DNA of 63,921 bases, counting the filler, from Perkinsus chesapeaki ATCC PRA-425 (lineage: Eukaryota; Protista; Perkinsozoa), in assembly GCA_013115145.1 (NCBI GenBank). It is 9 parts of 9 records of this genome, joined end to end, with 100 filler letters (N's around TTAATTAATTAA, not from the genome) between each part and the next. Parts side by side here need not be neighbours in the genome. Positions count along the whole stretch, not along the records: positions 1 to 10,117 come from JAAPAO010000904.1; positions 10,218 to 18,931 come from JAAPAO010000959.1; 7 more parts are not named here. One strand, 5' to 3'. The notes under the pieces were generated by a model. The model made no database searches. It worked only from the letters and a program-made list of their open reading frames with translations, and had not been told where the DNA came from. A program made the translations under genes and the position numbers. Positions 1 through 12,627 of the stretch are shown one piece after another (position 1 is the stretch's first letter; every line of letters starts with the position of its first letter).

Positions 1-204
1 CATATAGATACTGTATCTATACGTAGCAGGTATAGACGATACAGTCATATAGATACTGTATCTATATGTAGCATTATGTCTGACCTTGTTTTGCATAGGT
101 AATGCGAGATACGAAAATCTCAAGGACAACGTGACCCCAGCATACAACACAAGCATACTCTGGTTGGAAACAACAGTCCTTAAGAGCTCTTAGTTTATGT
201 AACA

Positions 205-1158
205 ATGTTGCCCTACGTCCCCTACCCGGCATTTGAACAAGGCTTCGTTCCGAAAACTCACTACATGAGATTGCAAGAGCGTCTTTGGGACAAAGCACTT
301 CCCATTTTGGAACTCGTTCTAGGTGAGCATGCTCAACCGATACAAAGTATCTTTCATCGATGTTTAGTCGACGAGCCGTCACCTCCTCCGGACGCCTGGG
401 ATGTTATAGTGAGGCGGCAATGTTGAATCATTAAATTGGTTCGCAGGTTCACTCGACACTCTTGCAAGTCGCTCGCCATGAAATAGCAATCAACCCCAGT
501 CAGTTGTCCCCCACGGAGATCCAGTTGCTCTATGAGATTTGTGATTATGCCAGAGAGCAAATAGTATGCAAAACGCACGCGTGCACACGGGATACCCCGA
601 TTCAGATGAACTCGTCCGCGCTGCCAGACTTCACTTTACCAGTTCGATCGGTCAGACCTTGTCGCTTTACGTCTAAATACGTCGGTCATGACCGGCACCA
701 TAAGCAAGAGAAAATCACAAAGCCTTCAGCAAGAGTGAGGAAAAAGCTGTATGGAGTGGTGGACCCGAGCCGTTCTCAGAAAGGTCAAGGGACTTCCCTC
801 GAGTCCGAATTGAAATATCTAAGGCAGCTTCTTGACGAAGTAAAACAATGCTTTGACATGCGGTACATTGCGAACTCAGGCTTTAATAAGTGTGAATTGC
901 GACCCAGGATCGAGGGGATACGCAGAGCCACCTGACCTGCTGCATTTGGCCAAGGAGGTGAGTTCAGTTGAGATTATTATTCTAAGACAGAGCCTACAAA
1001 ACTCACCGAATCTATTAGTTTTGCTGCTCAATGAGCAGCTGATGTTTGGGAAAGTAAGCTCTTCACTAACATTATCGTACCTCATAGTCAGTATGGGGAT
1101 TAATATGGATGATATAATCAAGATCTATGATGATATACTGAATAGCATATCATATTGA
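205..1158 (+). CDS. Possible multi-exon hypothetical gene (fragments only)
   Basis: Overlapping + strand ORFs 205-426, 462-935 and 853-1158 with plausible GT/AG boundaries. No recognisable domain. Confidence 0.25.
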
Positions 1159-2281
1159 AGCGAATTCAGATTCATTTATAGACTACGAATCGCAATGTAA
1201 TCGCGTAGTTCCAGAGATATAGAGCGCCTTGCATCTTCATGTAGCTTAAACACTGGTTGCCTGTCCAAAACGAACAATGTATGAAATGTATGGAATTGTG
1301 AGCATCGTCTAATCTTCGCACACGACTGTCCACTGCAGAACGTTGTCAGATTCTCAATAAACTCTACTCCAAACAGCAAATACATTCACAACATAACTAA
1401 ACAACGCGAGATGATGTCTGATTAGTCTTATTGTGTTCGAGTCAGAACCTGTGTATGCGAGTTCAACCCGCATACTTATCGATGAACACCTCAGCATGAT
1501 AAAGTAGAACTGGTATAATATATTAATAATATAATATTCTATTGGTTATGTTATATTATATTGATTCTAAACCCACAGAGACTCCTGTGGTGTGGTTTAG
1601 AAGCGATACTGTGGCATGAGCAAGCGATTAGCCGCCGCATTCTACCCTACCACGGGTCTGCGCGAATACAACCACAACAACACCATTGGCTTTAAATCAC
1701 GTTTTGAGTGCTCAAACAGCAGGAATCACGAGACTTGTCAAATACTTAGCGGAGCGGGCCGTTAAGCACTAGTTAGATACCGAACGAGACAGCGCCCGCG
1801 AGGCTATTTCACACTACACATGGCAGTACCGCGCATGAAAGCCTATAAGAGACAGTCAAAGGTGGATTATCCAGCCTGGATGCAACACTGCATCCGATCG
1901 CCGCAATCGCTCTACAGTGTAGAATCTACACCGTGGAAACGACGTCTGTACACGCAAGACCTGGCATGACTGGTGTTTCTCCTAGTCAGAAGGACTCCCC
2001 GTAGAGAAGGCTTCCATGCATTGCGAGAACGAAATCTTTCATCGTGCCTTTTCTGATGCCAATAGGGCGTATCAGCCCCCATAAACTATAACACATTGCC
2101 CAAAGCTACCGAGGCAACAATCACCGATTCACCAATCATATGGTGCGTCACTCCTAGAGACAATTGAGAGTCTTGTTGATTCGTTGCGACAATGCTAACT
2201 GTTGCATCTTAGTTTCATTTTTCCACCGACTAGTGTTATCGGTGACCTTCGAGCGATGACATGCATGCTGTTTCCAATAAG

Positions 2282-2828
2282 CAGGGTGTCGCGCCGTTGC
2301 TCATTGGAGTTTCACCCGTGTTGTGAAAACCACCAGTGTACAACACACAACGCATAACGCTTCGCGAAACGAGTGCCTTCTAACGCAAAAACGCGAAAAC
2401 GTCGATGTGTTTTACACAACACGTCACACAACGCGTTGCGATTACGCGAGAAGTGAAAGGCTTACTCGGAATAAGCTATTGCGACAAGTAGCGTCCCACT
2501 GCAATACTTTCACTCTTATTAACCACTAAACAACGCTTATTTTCATCCCCCAACTCGGTTATGGGTTCAACCCTTGTTTACTATTATTCTCGAGTTTGTA
2601 CATGCTGCCTTCAGGTGCTATGTACAGGGTGTCACCCTGCCGTATTTGGGTCCCAAATTTTTGGAGCACTCTAGTACCTAGTGTTCCTAGTAGGAACATT
2701 TCACTTGCGGCGTTATGAAAAACGCGTCCTACACTTGGCATTACGCGAAGAACCCGTTAGAACGCGTTATGGCGCAAGTGTTTTCCGCGATAACGCGGTT
2801 TTCATACGTGTTTTAAAGCGACACCAGG
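2282..2828. mobile_element. Degenerate foldback/MITE-like element
   Basis: Four collinear inverted matches: GGTGTCGC 2285-2292 / 2818-2825, GAAAACC 2325-2331 / 2797-2803, CATAACGC 2353-2360 / 2764-2771, TTCTAACG 2378-2385 / 2755-2762. Arms are rich in ACGC/ACGCG. No TSD seen. Confidence 0.45.
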
Positions 2829-3384
2829 ATTACAAGGTGACGCCGCTACTAAGTTCAAATTAGTAAATTGTCCCTTGTGACAGACACAGCATCGGCATAT
2901 GGCTCTTCTAGATTCCTTGGACTGACCTGATAGTGTGTAATCCAGTTCGTTTGAGCGTGAGTCACACCCTAAGGACCACAGAGCTCACCCACACGTTGGT
3001 GTTCAAGACTGTTGACTACTGAGGCATTCCAGTATTTTAAGTAACCGAGACCGAGCCTGAGGTTCTCATTAATCAGATTATCCGGGTCAGATATAAGCAT
3101 TTTCTGCTATTGACTGCTTCAGAAGTTTCAATGACGACCACAGAGCCAGCAGGAAGCAAGAGAAGGTCTTCATTACTTCCACTACAGTTCGCTGAGGGCT
3201 TTTAAGTGTTACACTTACTGTGTACGCATGTACACACGGCGATTTATCGATCCCGCTATATGTCACAAGAGTTTTACGTGTTTCCTCGCTCGGATAATGC
3301 AATACCTGCCGCTTTTAGCAATGGTGATTCACGTGACCCGACCGTGTAGTTTCAACCGCTTCTAGTTCCACTTGTTGTTTAACG

Positions 3385-4182
3385 ATGTACATCGCAATTC
3401 TGTTTAATATTGCTCCCATTGTGATTGCCGTCAAGCTCCCCAAGCTCGGTTTCAAAGGTGCCCAGGCCTCTGTTCAGTTTTCTTACCCCCAGGGATGCAA
3501 TGCGAAGAGAAAAGTTGACGGCAAAGGCTTCTGCGTCTCTGGGACGTCAGTGAGCGGCAAAAAGTTGGACGCAACACTCACTATCTTTGACGCCAAGGAT
3601 TCCAGCAAGTCTGTCGGATTCCTCATTGAAGTGGCCATGAAGAACTACACCCCAGTAGGTTTAAAAGTCACAGCTAATGGCTGTGCTACTGTGATGAGAA
3701 AAAGCTATTTTCTTGGCGCACTTAAGGGGGCAATCTCACTTTGTGCCAAAACTGAAGGAGACGGTATGGGCCGATATAACGTCGAGACCAAAGAGTGGGC
3801 GACAGATGTCCAGCTACAGATCAATGGTGATGCTCGTGTTATGGGGTATGCCATCAAGAAGCTCGATACCACAAAGACTATCAGCGCAAATATTGGCCCG
3901 GATGCCGCCTTCGGCTTGGATGCAGAGTTCACGATATTCCGCAAGACTGGCAGCGATAAGGGCATTTCGGCTGCCATCACGCTTGACCTCGACACGCTGG
4001 CACAATCCCTTCTATCTTGGCACCTGGTCGGTGAATTCGAGCTTCACCTCTGGCTGACTTCGCTAAGTTGGAAGCCTAGTTTCGAGCTGTTCAACGAGTA
4101 TGTGAATGTTGTCTCTGGAACGGTCAGCAAGTCTGACTCTGTTCTCAAAGATAAAATGTTATCCCAGCCTGTCCATGTGTAA
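3385..4182 (+). CDS. Secreted, beta-strand-rich hypothetical protein (265 aa, intronless)
   Basis: Long ATG ORF with a hydrophobic N-terminus (MYIAILFNIAPIVIA) and alternating-pattern beta-rich sequence with four Cys. CTTCTAG pyrimidine/AG site just upstream of the ATG. Confidence 0.7.
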   Translation: MYIAILFNIAPIVIAVKLPKLGFKGAQASVQFSYPQGCNAKRKVDGKGFCVSGTSVSGKKLDATLTIFDAKDSSKSVGFLIEVAMKNYTPVGLKVTANGCATVMRKSYFLGALKGAISLCAKTEGDGMGRYNVETKEWATDVQLQINGDARVMGYAIKKLDTTKTISANIGPDAAFGLDAEFTIFRKTGSDKGISAAITLDLDTLAQSLLSWHLVGEFELHLWLTSLSWKPSFELFNEYVNVVSGTVSKSDSVLKDKMLSQPVHV

Positions 4183-4962
4183 ATATATCTTGTGTCATGC
4201 CCTCGTTCGGGCTTTATCAACCTTTTATTGGAAACGTATCATTTCTGGTGCGAGGTATTCGATACCCGTTATCCATAATATGTATGTGTTCCGTATGTGT
4301 ATCGTCTGTAAGTAGCCGATGTGAAAATGTTATATCATTCACCGATTACCTTCTCGAGAGGAAAGTCCTTAGCGAACAGCGGCTGCAGTAGCGACATTTC
4401 CCAAAGTGTCCCTTGGCGCCATCTCAAGCTCTGTCGAGAAGCATTCTTACGCTTCTCAAATTTCATACATCTATTGTTATATGTCATTAAGTCCGGTTCC
4501 CGACAAAGGTAACCATATAGTGTTGTTTTGACACTACTTCTCGCGGCATGCGAGTTTCGGTCTTCTCCCGTGTCTTTTCTGGGTGCCTGTGACAGGCGGC
4601 TGGAAACTTTGGAACAGAGCTGGGGACGCTCTTAGGAGAGCGGAGTCAAGCATTCTCTATTCCGCTTTGATCAATGCTTCCCTGGACACTTACTTCCCTG
4701 GGAGTTTTCATACCAGACCAAACCGATTTTCATCACCGTCTTTGCCTTGCGTTGAAAATATACCACATAATCATGGTCCACCGATCTCAATCACCAGGAT
4801 GATTTTAGAATCACAAACCAGCGAGAGAGCAAATTGTTCTCCTGCGTAAGGGAGATGTGCGATGACACACTTCTACGTGCTACACTCTGTAGTGCACCGC
4901 AGTGGATGCCACGGGTTCTTAAGTACATCACGCCGGACTCGAGAACACAAGACAGAAACTAT

Positions 4963-7900
4963 TCAATCAACCTTGGACTTCCTCTTCATCTTTGCTGTTA
5001 TTAATGTGTACAACAAACCGCCCAACGCGCTGAAGATAAGCCCAACATATCCTTGCACCTTAGCAGGGGACAGTCGGAACAACACAAGCCAAGTGCCTAC
5101 GCTAAGTCGTGACTTGTAGAAAACAATGCCAATGACAGTCGTTACAGCCCCTTTAACATTGCCACACACACCGGTGGTCAAGGGCGAGTTCCTTGTTGTA
5201 CCTACAATCGGTGCATTCTGGCGAATGCAGTGTTGGAATAACTGTTAGGCTTTTCTCTCTTTTCGGATCTACGTATTACTCGTCGAAAATACAATCTTCG
5301 TTAACAGCAGACGCAAAAAAAGTCGACCGGAATTCTGTACAACTTCATCAAGATTGTCCCTTCTCATCAGAATACGTAAGAGACCACATGCGTTTCGAGA
5401 CTGAATAATTCGCGGTTGTACAATAAACCCCCAAGACCAACAATTCCATACTTCTTAAGAAGAGTGGATCCGACAGAGAGAAACGTTGATATGCGGTGGA
5501 AGCGGATAGATTTCGGAAACCCCATACAGTGTCTAGCAACAACATTGAGACACGTAAGCGGCTTAGTAAGTAACTATAGTATGAGGGTCTTAGAGAACTT
5601 AGAGACTGTATAAAGTTTATGCTATATTAAGTTTATCAGCTTAGACTTATACTTAGTTTACAGAATCTTGTAATCTCAATATACATGCTATATTTATATA
5701 GATCTATATCAGACGAAAAATTTATTTATATAGCGCGAGGTGATACTAGCTGGAGTTATTATTAATCACTTTACTAAGAGGAACACAGATTCCCATGAGA
5801 GCCTATTAGACTTACACTCGAATGTCATGAAGTTAAGTAGCGCACCCAGAAGGCAATAAAGCAATAGATTGGTGATCTCATGAGGATCGAATTGATGAAT
5901 CATTGTGTATATCCTAGCTGGGGAGGAGACGAGCTCATAGAGGCAAGCTGGACCGAAGAACAGGAGCGCATTGAAGAGTGCTGAAAATGGGGACAGAGTT
6001 CGACACAATCGCTCAAGCATCTCACCAGTATAGTAAAGCAACGTTGTTGTATTTATTAAATCGTCCTTCGAGAGAGCATCTCTCGCCTTGGCTGCCATCA
6101 CCTGACCACAAGTAGAATAGATTGAAAACTCGTAATACTGCGCGGCTCATTCAAGCAACTCCAGCTTTCTGTCGATGTTCCATCAAGTCCCGATTTCTTT
6201 TCCTCCGACCCTTCCATTGCCCACTAGGAGGGCCCTACTTGGAGAGGCAAAGCGTTACCGTGAATGGATATAAGAAACACTTAAGCAACGTGTGGAACTT
6301 ATTTTTTGATGAAGTCGATACATATGAAATGTTCTATCAAGGAGCGCCAAATGTATTTCATACTCCTTCTACTTGCAACATATTTTTATGAGACTCTTTT
6401 TTCCATCGTGTCTTGCTCGAGGAGCACATTTCTCTGATGACGCTCGATGAGCGTCCCTTCTATCGGAATATAAGCTAATATACCACATCAACAGCAATCA
6501 TATAAAGTACGCTAGGGCATACTATCAGACAAGGGACTTACAAGATATCCAGATTGGCACGCAGCTGCCACCAGCGCTGTCGCGTATCCAAAGGGATCGA
6601 AGTCGAGGTCACCTAGACCTACAAAAATGAGAATAATCCATACAAGACGGCCAGCAATCGATCGACATGGTATTCGAAATGACGGGAATACTGCCCGTGT
6701 GAAGTGTTGGAGATTGAGGTGCTATGGAATTCGAGTAACTGTCGGCTCAGCTGGACAGCGAAGTGGAACAGCCTAACAATCGTAATACTCTGGATCCTTT
6801 ATAATGTGATAATAATCATCCTCTGACAATCCGACTGGGTCGCACTATGAAGTATACTATGTATAAATAAATAGCATTCATTATATAACTATAATATAGA
6901 AATTATTGATAAACAGCATGCCTGTCAAGCCCCCGAAGTAAATCCTACCAGCGCAAATGCTGCCAAGAGTAAGCAACGCAACGGCAAAGATAACACCCTT
7001 GGAATGTGGCTTCTGGCTCCTAAGCAGCCAGTCGGTCACCAAAGCCCCGAGGGGCGTCAGACGCTTGAGCACGTTGTAGCTGAAGGAGACGAGTGTCGGA
7101 AATGAGGACCGCTGTGTGGTACATCGGAAGGCTCGTGAATTTCATGGCGATGAATGATAGCTGCATATTGCCGGCTTTCAGCAGCGTAACAGGGACTAGG
7201 TAGCGCCAAACCAGTCTCATTCGGAGAGTAGCACGTGGACGGTCGGCCTGAAGATACAGCGGATAAAGTTTGAGCTTTTGGGGAAGAATATAAAGTAGAG
7301 GAGTGATGATAAAAGTGGCATTGTTCAGCGTAGTCAGCAATGGCAGTTCGCCGACTAGGAGACGGGTTGGCTCAAAAAAGGCGCTGAGAATTCCGAGAGG
7401 TTTCTCAGCAAAAACTTCCTAAATTTACACATCTTCCCGCGCATGTTTCACGAGTGTCCACAAATCGCCATTGATCAACCGAGGCCGATTCTGATATCCT
7501 GCCACTCTCTAATACGACGCAGATTCGCACTCTGATGAATTCAAGGTGTCAAAATTGGGCTGCTATTTCCCACGTATTTCGAATATGGATGCGTACTGTC
7601 ATTTCTGAATGAGTCGCCGACAGTGCTGTCTGCACACTCGTCAAAGTTGCGTAGGAACGGGTGCAGTTCTCTTTACTCACAAAGCTCAGACAGTAGGATG
7701 CCTACCATGCCGATGGTATAGAGGAGTTGCAGACCAAAACAAGTAACAATGCATTCGATCAATAAAACGAACTCTGGACTGAGATTAGCTGATGACGAGG
7801 AAGCAAGAGACTTGTTTGTTAACGTCATGAGAATCGCCGTTAGTATATATCTGACATCGCACCGCTCCTCGATGTTAGTAGAGATAGCTCACCCGAACGC

Positions 7901-7999
7901 CGATGCCAGGCCGAGGTCTTTTGGCAGCTTTGGCGGCTCTACAGTTGCTGAGAGTTTCCCCGATTTCCCGTTCAGCTCGGTCGGTGAGCGGACTGTCAT
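4963..7999 (-). CDS. SLC35D-type nucleotide-sugar transporter (multi-exon)
   Basis: Reconstructed exons: MTVRSPTEL...LGLASAFG|YILTAILMTLTNK, LVPVTLLKAGNMQLSFIAMKFTSLPMY, LKRLTPLGALVTDWLL, GDLDFDPFGYATALVAAACQSGYL, FNALLFFGP...LLNFMTFEC|TTRNSPLTTGVCGNVKG...GLIFSALGGLLY. These match the SLC35D/TPT drug-metabolite-transporter pattern. Some exon boundaries are approximate. Confidence 0.85.
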
Positions 8000-8064
8000 T
8001 GGATGGAGCAACACACTGAGATCAGACATCATTACAGCTTCTAATAACAAGTATTATAGCTCGG

Positions 8065-8433
8065 GTTATATAATATGAGTCATATCATCTTATTAGTTCA
8101 TCATGGTTCTATTAGTTCCATATAATTCAGNNNNNNNNNNNNNNNNNNNNNNNNNNNNNNNNNNNNNNNNNNNNNNNNNNNNNNNNNNNNNNNNNNNNNN
8201 NNNNNNNNNNNNNNNNNNNNNNNNNNNNNGTTATATAATATGAGTCATATCATCTTATTAGTTCATCATGGTTCTATTAGTTCCATATAATTCAGTTATA
8301 TAATATGAATCATATCATCTTATTAGTTCATCATGGTTCTATCAATTCCATACAATTCAGTTATATAATATGAATCATATCATCTTATTAGTTCATCATG
8401 GTTCTATCAATTCCATATAATTCAGTTATATAA
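8065..8433. repeat. 65-bp tandem repeat, collapsed at N gap 8131-8229
   Basis: Unit GTTATATAATATGAGTCATATCATCTTATTAGTTCATCATGGTTCTATTAGTTCCATATAATTCA at 8065, 8230, 8295 and 8360, plus a partial copy at 8425. Confidence 0.95.
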
Positions 8434-8573
8434 CGACCTAAGCACATTCACCAAGTACAATACGTTCTAAATTCCTGTAGGTAACGTTCCGTGGGCTTTC
8501 ATTCCGTTCATTTAATCAAGCTGCTCCCGCTCTTTTGCTAGCTCCCTTGCCGCCCGCAACCTCAATTTATATA

Positions 8574-9500
8574 TCACGCGACGATTCTTGTGCCTTTCAA
8601 CATCATCGAAATATTTTCTTCCTCAAAACACCACGACGCTCCTCCAACCTCGCTTGTGCAGCTATCGATGCCAATACTGGCTGCATTCACTTTTAGAGGG
8701 ACCCCTATTCGATCGTAACTCGCACTCTCACCAACTGATACAGCACAATAGTTCGAAAGCTCAGAAACGTCCATGCATCACACAGTGGTTATCGTGTCAC
8801 TTTAGTGCTTCAGTAGCCTTTCTAAGCTTGGCTTGCTCCTCCTTCGTGAAGGGCTCGTCATCTGGTCTGGGTGTCATCAGCTCCCTTAGCATCAAACGCA
8901 ACTGAATACAAATAAATACACCCAGGCAGTCGTCTAGCCTCATCGAAATGTCTCTCTCGGGAATCGAAAATCTCCTAACGCGAAGATGTAATCAACAGGA
9001 AATATCTTCCTGCATCTACAAGACATGCCTAGTAGATTCTTTCTGGGCCTAGCATCCGATGTTCTTCTACCACACCCTACATACAACTATCATACATTAT
9101 ACAGCCCTCCCCAATGAAATAGAATATTAAGAATGCTACACAATTTTAAGGTCGTACCATCAATAGCAGACGAGAAGTCGTTAAAAAACGAAATATTCCA
9201 TTTCATTGGGGAGGGCTGTATTATGGGGGCTGCGTGGGAGAGTAAGAAGCTGATGCCAAAGATGCCATTTCACACAACTCTGCGAGCACCTTCGGTTAGA
9301 ATATATTGCATCATCGAACTTGATGCTTATGAAAACTTACAAGGGCTGGAGCCGTTTTTCTCCACGCACCCTCGATTATAACTATACCATCAGACCTGTC
9401 CCCACTCACCAAATTCACAGCAGGGTCTTTCTTCCGACCAGCTCCTGCCATCTGTCCGCTGCCAACTCGCCATGCCATCGCCTCCGCAGTATCGATCAGT
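8574..9500 (-). CDS. Possible multi-exon hypothetical gene
   Basis: Exon-like segments (ETDRALLIDTAEAMAWRVG...DPAVNL|gtgag; LRLMLRELMTPRPDDEPFTKEEQAKLRKATEAL) with splice-like boundaries. No domain recognised. Confidence 0.25.
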
Positions 9501-10117
9501 AATGCCCTATCGGTCTCCTATAAGCTCCAATGCTCTCATTCCCGCCACACTCAGTAATCTACCGTTAAATCCCTCTCCAATAGATGTGCGGCAACCTTCG
9601 ACATGAGCAGGGTCACCGCTTCCTTACCCACTAGCGACCCACTATCACAGTACTTATACAAACCTGGCAAATATGGCACAGAAAATTTGAAGGTTGAAAA
9701 TTCTCCGAGCAGATGAGTAGGCGGGAAAAATTTCAGCGGAATTTCTGACGCGTAAAAGTCAGTGAAAAATAATCTTGAGGAGAATTTTCACGGCGCGAAA
9801 TTTCACTGCATTCTAAGAGACTACTCAATGCAGAAGAGTCGACCGAAAGCCCCCAGTAGGCGGGGGGGAGGGGGAATTTTGAGGCAGAAATTCTCGCAAG
9901 ATGGAGAAATGAAGGCGGCGAATTTGACCGCATTTCACGGGCCTACTTATCGCCAGCTTGCAGAGGCCATCAACTCTAAAATCATCACGATTTATCAAAA
10001 GAAGTTCAATCTGATCTAAAATACGACGCTCGTACCTGACAAGCTAATCGGGAGGTATTTGTCAAAGGTCCCTACCTTTCATTTTTGAATTTATCATTTA
10101 TAAACCCTTCCAAGGCG

Positions 10118-10217
10118 NNNNNNNNNNNNNNNNNNNNNNNNNNNNNNNNNNNNNNNNNNNNTTAATTAATTAANNNNNNNNNNNNNNNNNNNNNNNNNNN
10201 NNNNNNNNNNNNNNNNN
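10118..10217. other. Artificial scaffold spacer N44-TTAATTAATTAA-N44
   Basis: Six-frame-stop linker within N runs, exactly 100 bp, identical to seven others in the window. Confidence 0.98.
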
Positions 10218-10904
10218 CATCAATCTGTTACCATTCACTCACTATGGCCTCGAGTTCTACTACCGCTGAGTCTCCATGGGATCACAACATCTGACCAGTG
10301 CGCAGCGTATACATCAATACGAACCGTTATAGAGCGAATTCAGGAAGGAAGATAAAGGACAGTCAAGAGCGGGCCGAATGCCCGCGATCCCCTTTAAAAT
10401 AAAATTTATTTTCCCGCTGTTGCCTTTTAGCCACAATTGTGCTGCCTTTTAGGCTACCTAGCCCGTCTACAGCTGAAGACATCTTTGTCCCCGTTCACAA
10501 TCACGACCCAGTCCTACCCTCACAGAGCGTAGTAGCGGTGTGATTCTGCTACACAATCCCTTCTTGCGCGACATCTCACTACCGCTACAGTCCTTTGTCC
10601 TAAGTCGCAGGGTATTCATCATGCAGGCCGAAGACAGGCTGCATTGGGGACGCAAAGAACCCTCTTTTGGTGGAATGTCCACGTTAGGACCTACGGCCCA
10701 AGTTACGCACTGACGTTAGAATGAGTGAGAAGTGGTAGACCAGGCTCTGGCCAGCCTCAGCCATCGTTTTAGAGTGGAACGGGATGACAGGAGAAGCGGG
10801 CCTAAAGCGGGCCGCGATAATACCTTCTCTCCCACACGAGCACTTCCAGGTTTGGGACTGCTTTTAGCCATCGTTCGGACCTTCGAGCCAATTGTAACAC
10901 AATA

Positions 10905-12111
10905 ATGAGTTATATGTCTAGGTTAGTGTCATATTATAATGAATAATAATAATCAACAATATCGTCCAGTAATGTTTGGTAGTAATATACCTCCTAATGA
11001 TCCATCAGTTAGAATGGAGGCTGGTATGGGTCCAGGAGCTGGTCCAGGGTATATATAAATATAATAATAATATTAATTATATGTTATTAGGTATTATGTT
11101 GATGGTGATGATATGTTTTATGATAATAATAAATTATTAATGAATGCTAGTGTTGATATGAGAATGGGATTTATTAGAAAAGTGTATGGGATATTATCGG
11201 TAATAATAACAAATATAATAATTGTATATATATAATGTAATAGATACAATTATTAGTAACATTTGGTATATCAATAGGTATGGCTATGGTACCATCAACA
11301 TTTATTATAGCTAATTATTGGTTATTTATTATAAGTTGTGTATTTGTATTCGGTTTATCAATAGTAATATAAGTAGTAATAATATATTATTATATATATT
11401 GTTATTAGGCATTAGCATGTTCGCCTGAGTTATGCCGCAATTACCCCCAGAATTATATAGCATTGGCAACATTTACTATATTTGAGGGTATTATGTTAGG
11501 ATTTATAACTAGTATGTATTCAATATCAAGTATATTAATAGCAGTAGCAATAACATGTTTAGTGGTAATAATAATAATACTACTACTTGTCATTATCATC
11601 ATCATGATCAGATGGGTGGATTAACTATATTTGCAATGACTACTAAAATAGATTTCACACAAGGTTTAATGGTATATCTATTTGCAGCATTATTGGCATT
11701 ATTATTGTTTGGATTGTAATAACATATATTATTTATATATCATAATAATTAATAATAATAGGTTATTAATAATATTCCATCCTAAAGCAAACTCATATTG
11801 GTATGCAGTATATGGTGGTTTAGGTTCACTTATATTCAGTGGTTATATAGTATTTGATACACAACGTAATAATAATAATAACTAGTATTATCGTTGTTAT
11901 TAATGATGTTGTTGTTATATGTGTATTAGTTATATGTGGTAGAGGGGAGCATCTTGGTATGGAATTTACTGTTGATGATTATGTTATAGCTGCATTAAGT
12001 ATATATTTGGATGTTATTAACTTATTCTTGTAATAATAGGATAGCATAATATTATAGGATAATATTATTAGGTATATATTACAATTATTTGGTACAAGTA
12101 GAGATAACTAA
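10905..12111 (+). CDS. Bax inhibitor-1 / TMBIM (LFG/GAAP-like) membrane protein, multi-exon, AT-rich
   Basis: Exons encode ASVDMRMGFIRKVYGILS, IFSGYIVFDTQ, EFTVDDYVIAALSIYLDVINLFL and YILQLFGTSRDN*. These are BI-1 family signatures, including the di-aspartate pH-sensor region. Confidence 0.9.
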
Positions 12112-12244
12112 CTAACAACAACAACAACAACAACACCAGCACCGCCATTATCAACAATATTATTATTGTATATATCTGTTCCTACTACTACGACCATCAA
12201 CGGTAATACAAGAAGTTTTGAAATATTACTAATATTGTGTTAGC

Positions 12245-12627
12245 TAATAATAATAGGGATATTACTTATTATTATAATGATGTCTTCGTTGTGGTCATCT
12301 ATTAATAATAATAGGGATATTAGTTATTATTATAATGATGTCTTCGTTGTGGTCATCTATTAATAATAATAGGGATATTAGTTATTATTATAATGATGTC
12401 NNNNNNNNNNNNNNNNNNNNNNNNNNNNNNNNNNNNNNNNNNNNNNNNNNNNNNNNNNNNNNNNNNNNNNNNNNNNNNNNNNNNNNNNNNNNCTCATCTA
12501 TTAATAATAATAGGGATATTAGTTATTATTATAATGATGTCTTCGTCGTGGTCATCTATTAATAATAATAGGGATATTAGTTATTATTATAATGATGTCT
12601 TCGTCGTGGTCATCTATTAATAATAAT
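12245..12627. repeat. 58-bp tandem repeat, collapsed at N gap 12401-12492
   Basis: Unit TAATAATAATAGGGATATTAGTTATTATTATAATGATGTCTTCGT(T/C)GTGGTCATCTAT repeated on both sides of the gap. Confidence 0.95.

Noticed and set aside
5731-5750. GCGCG(A)GGTGATACTAG similarity to 62874-62891
   Set aside because: It is a short match on unrelated scaffolds with no further flanking similarity; chance is not excluded.
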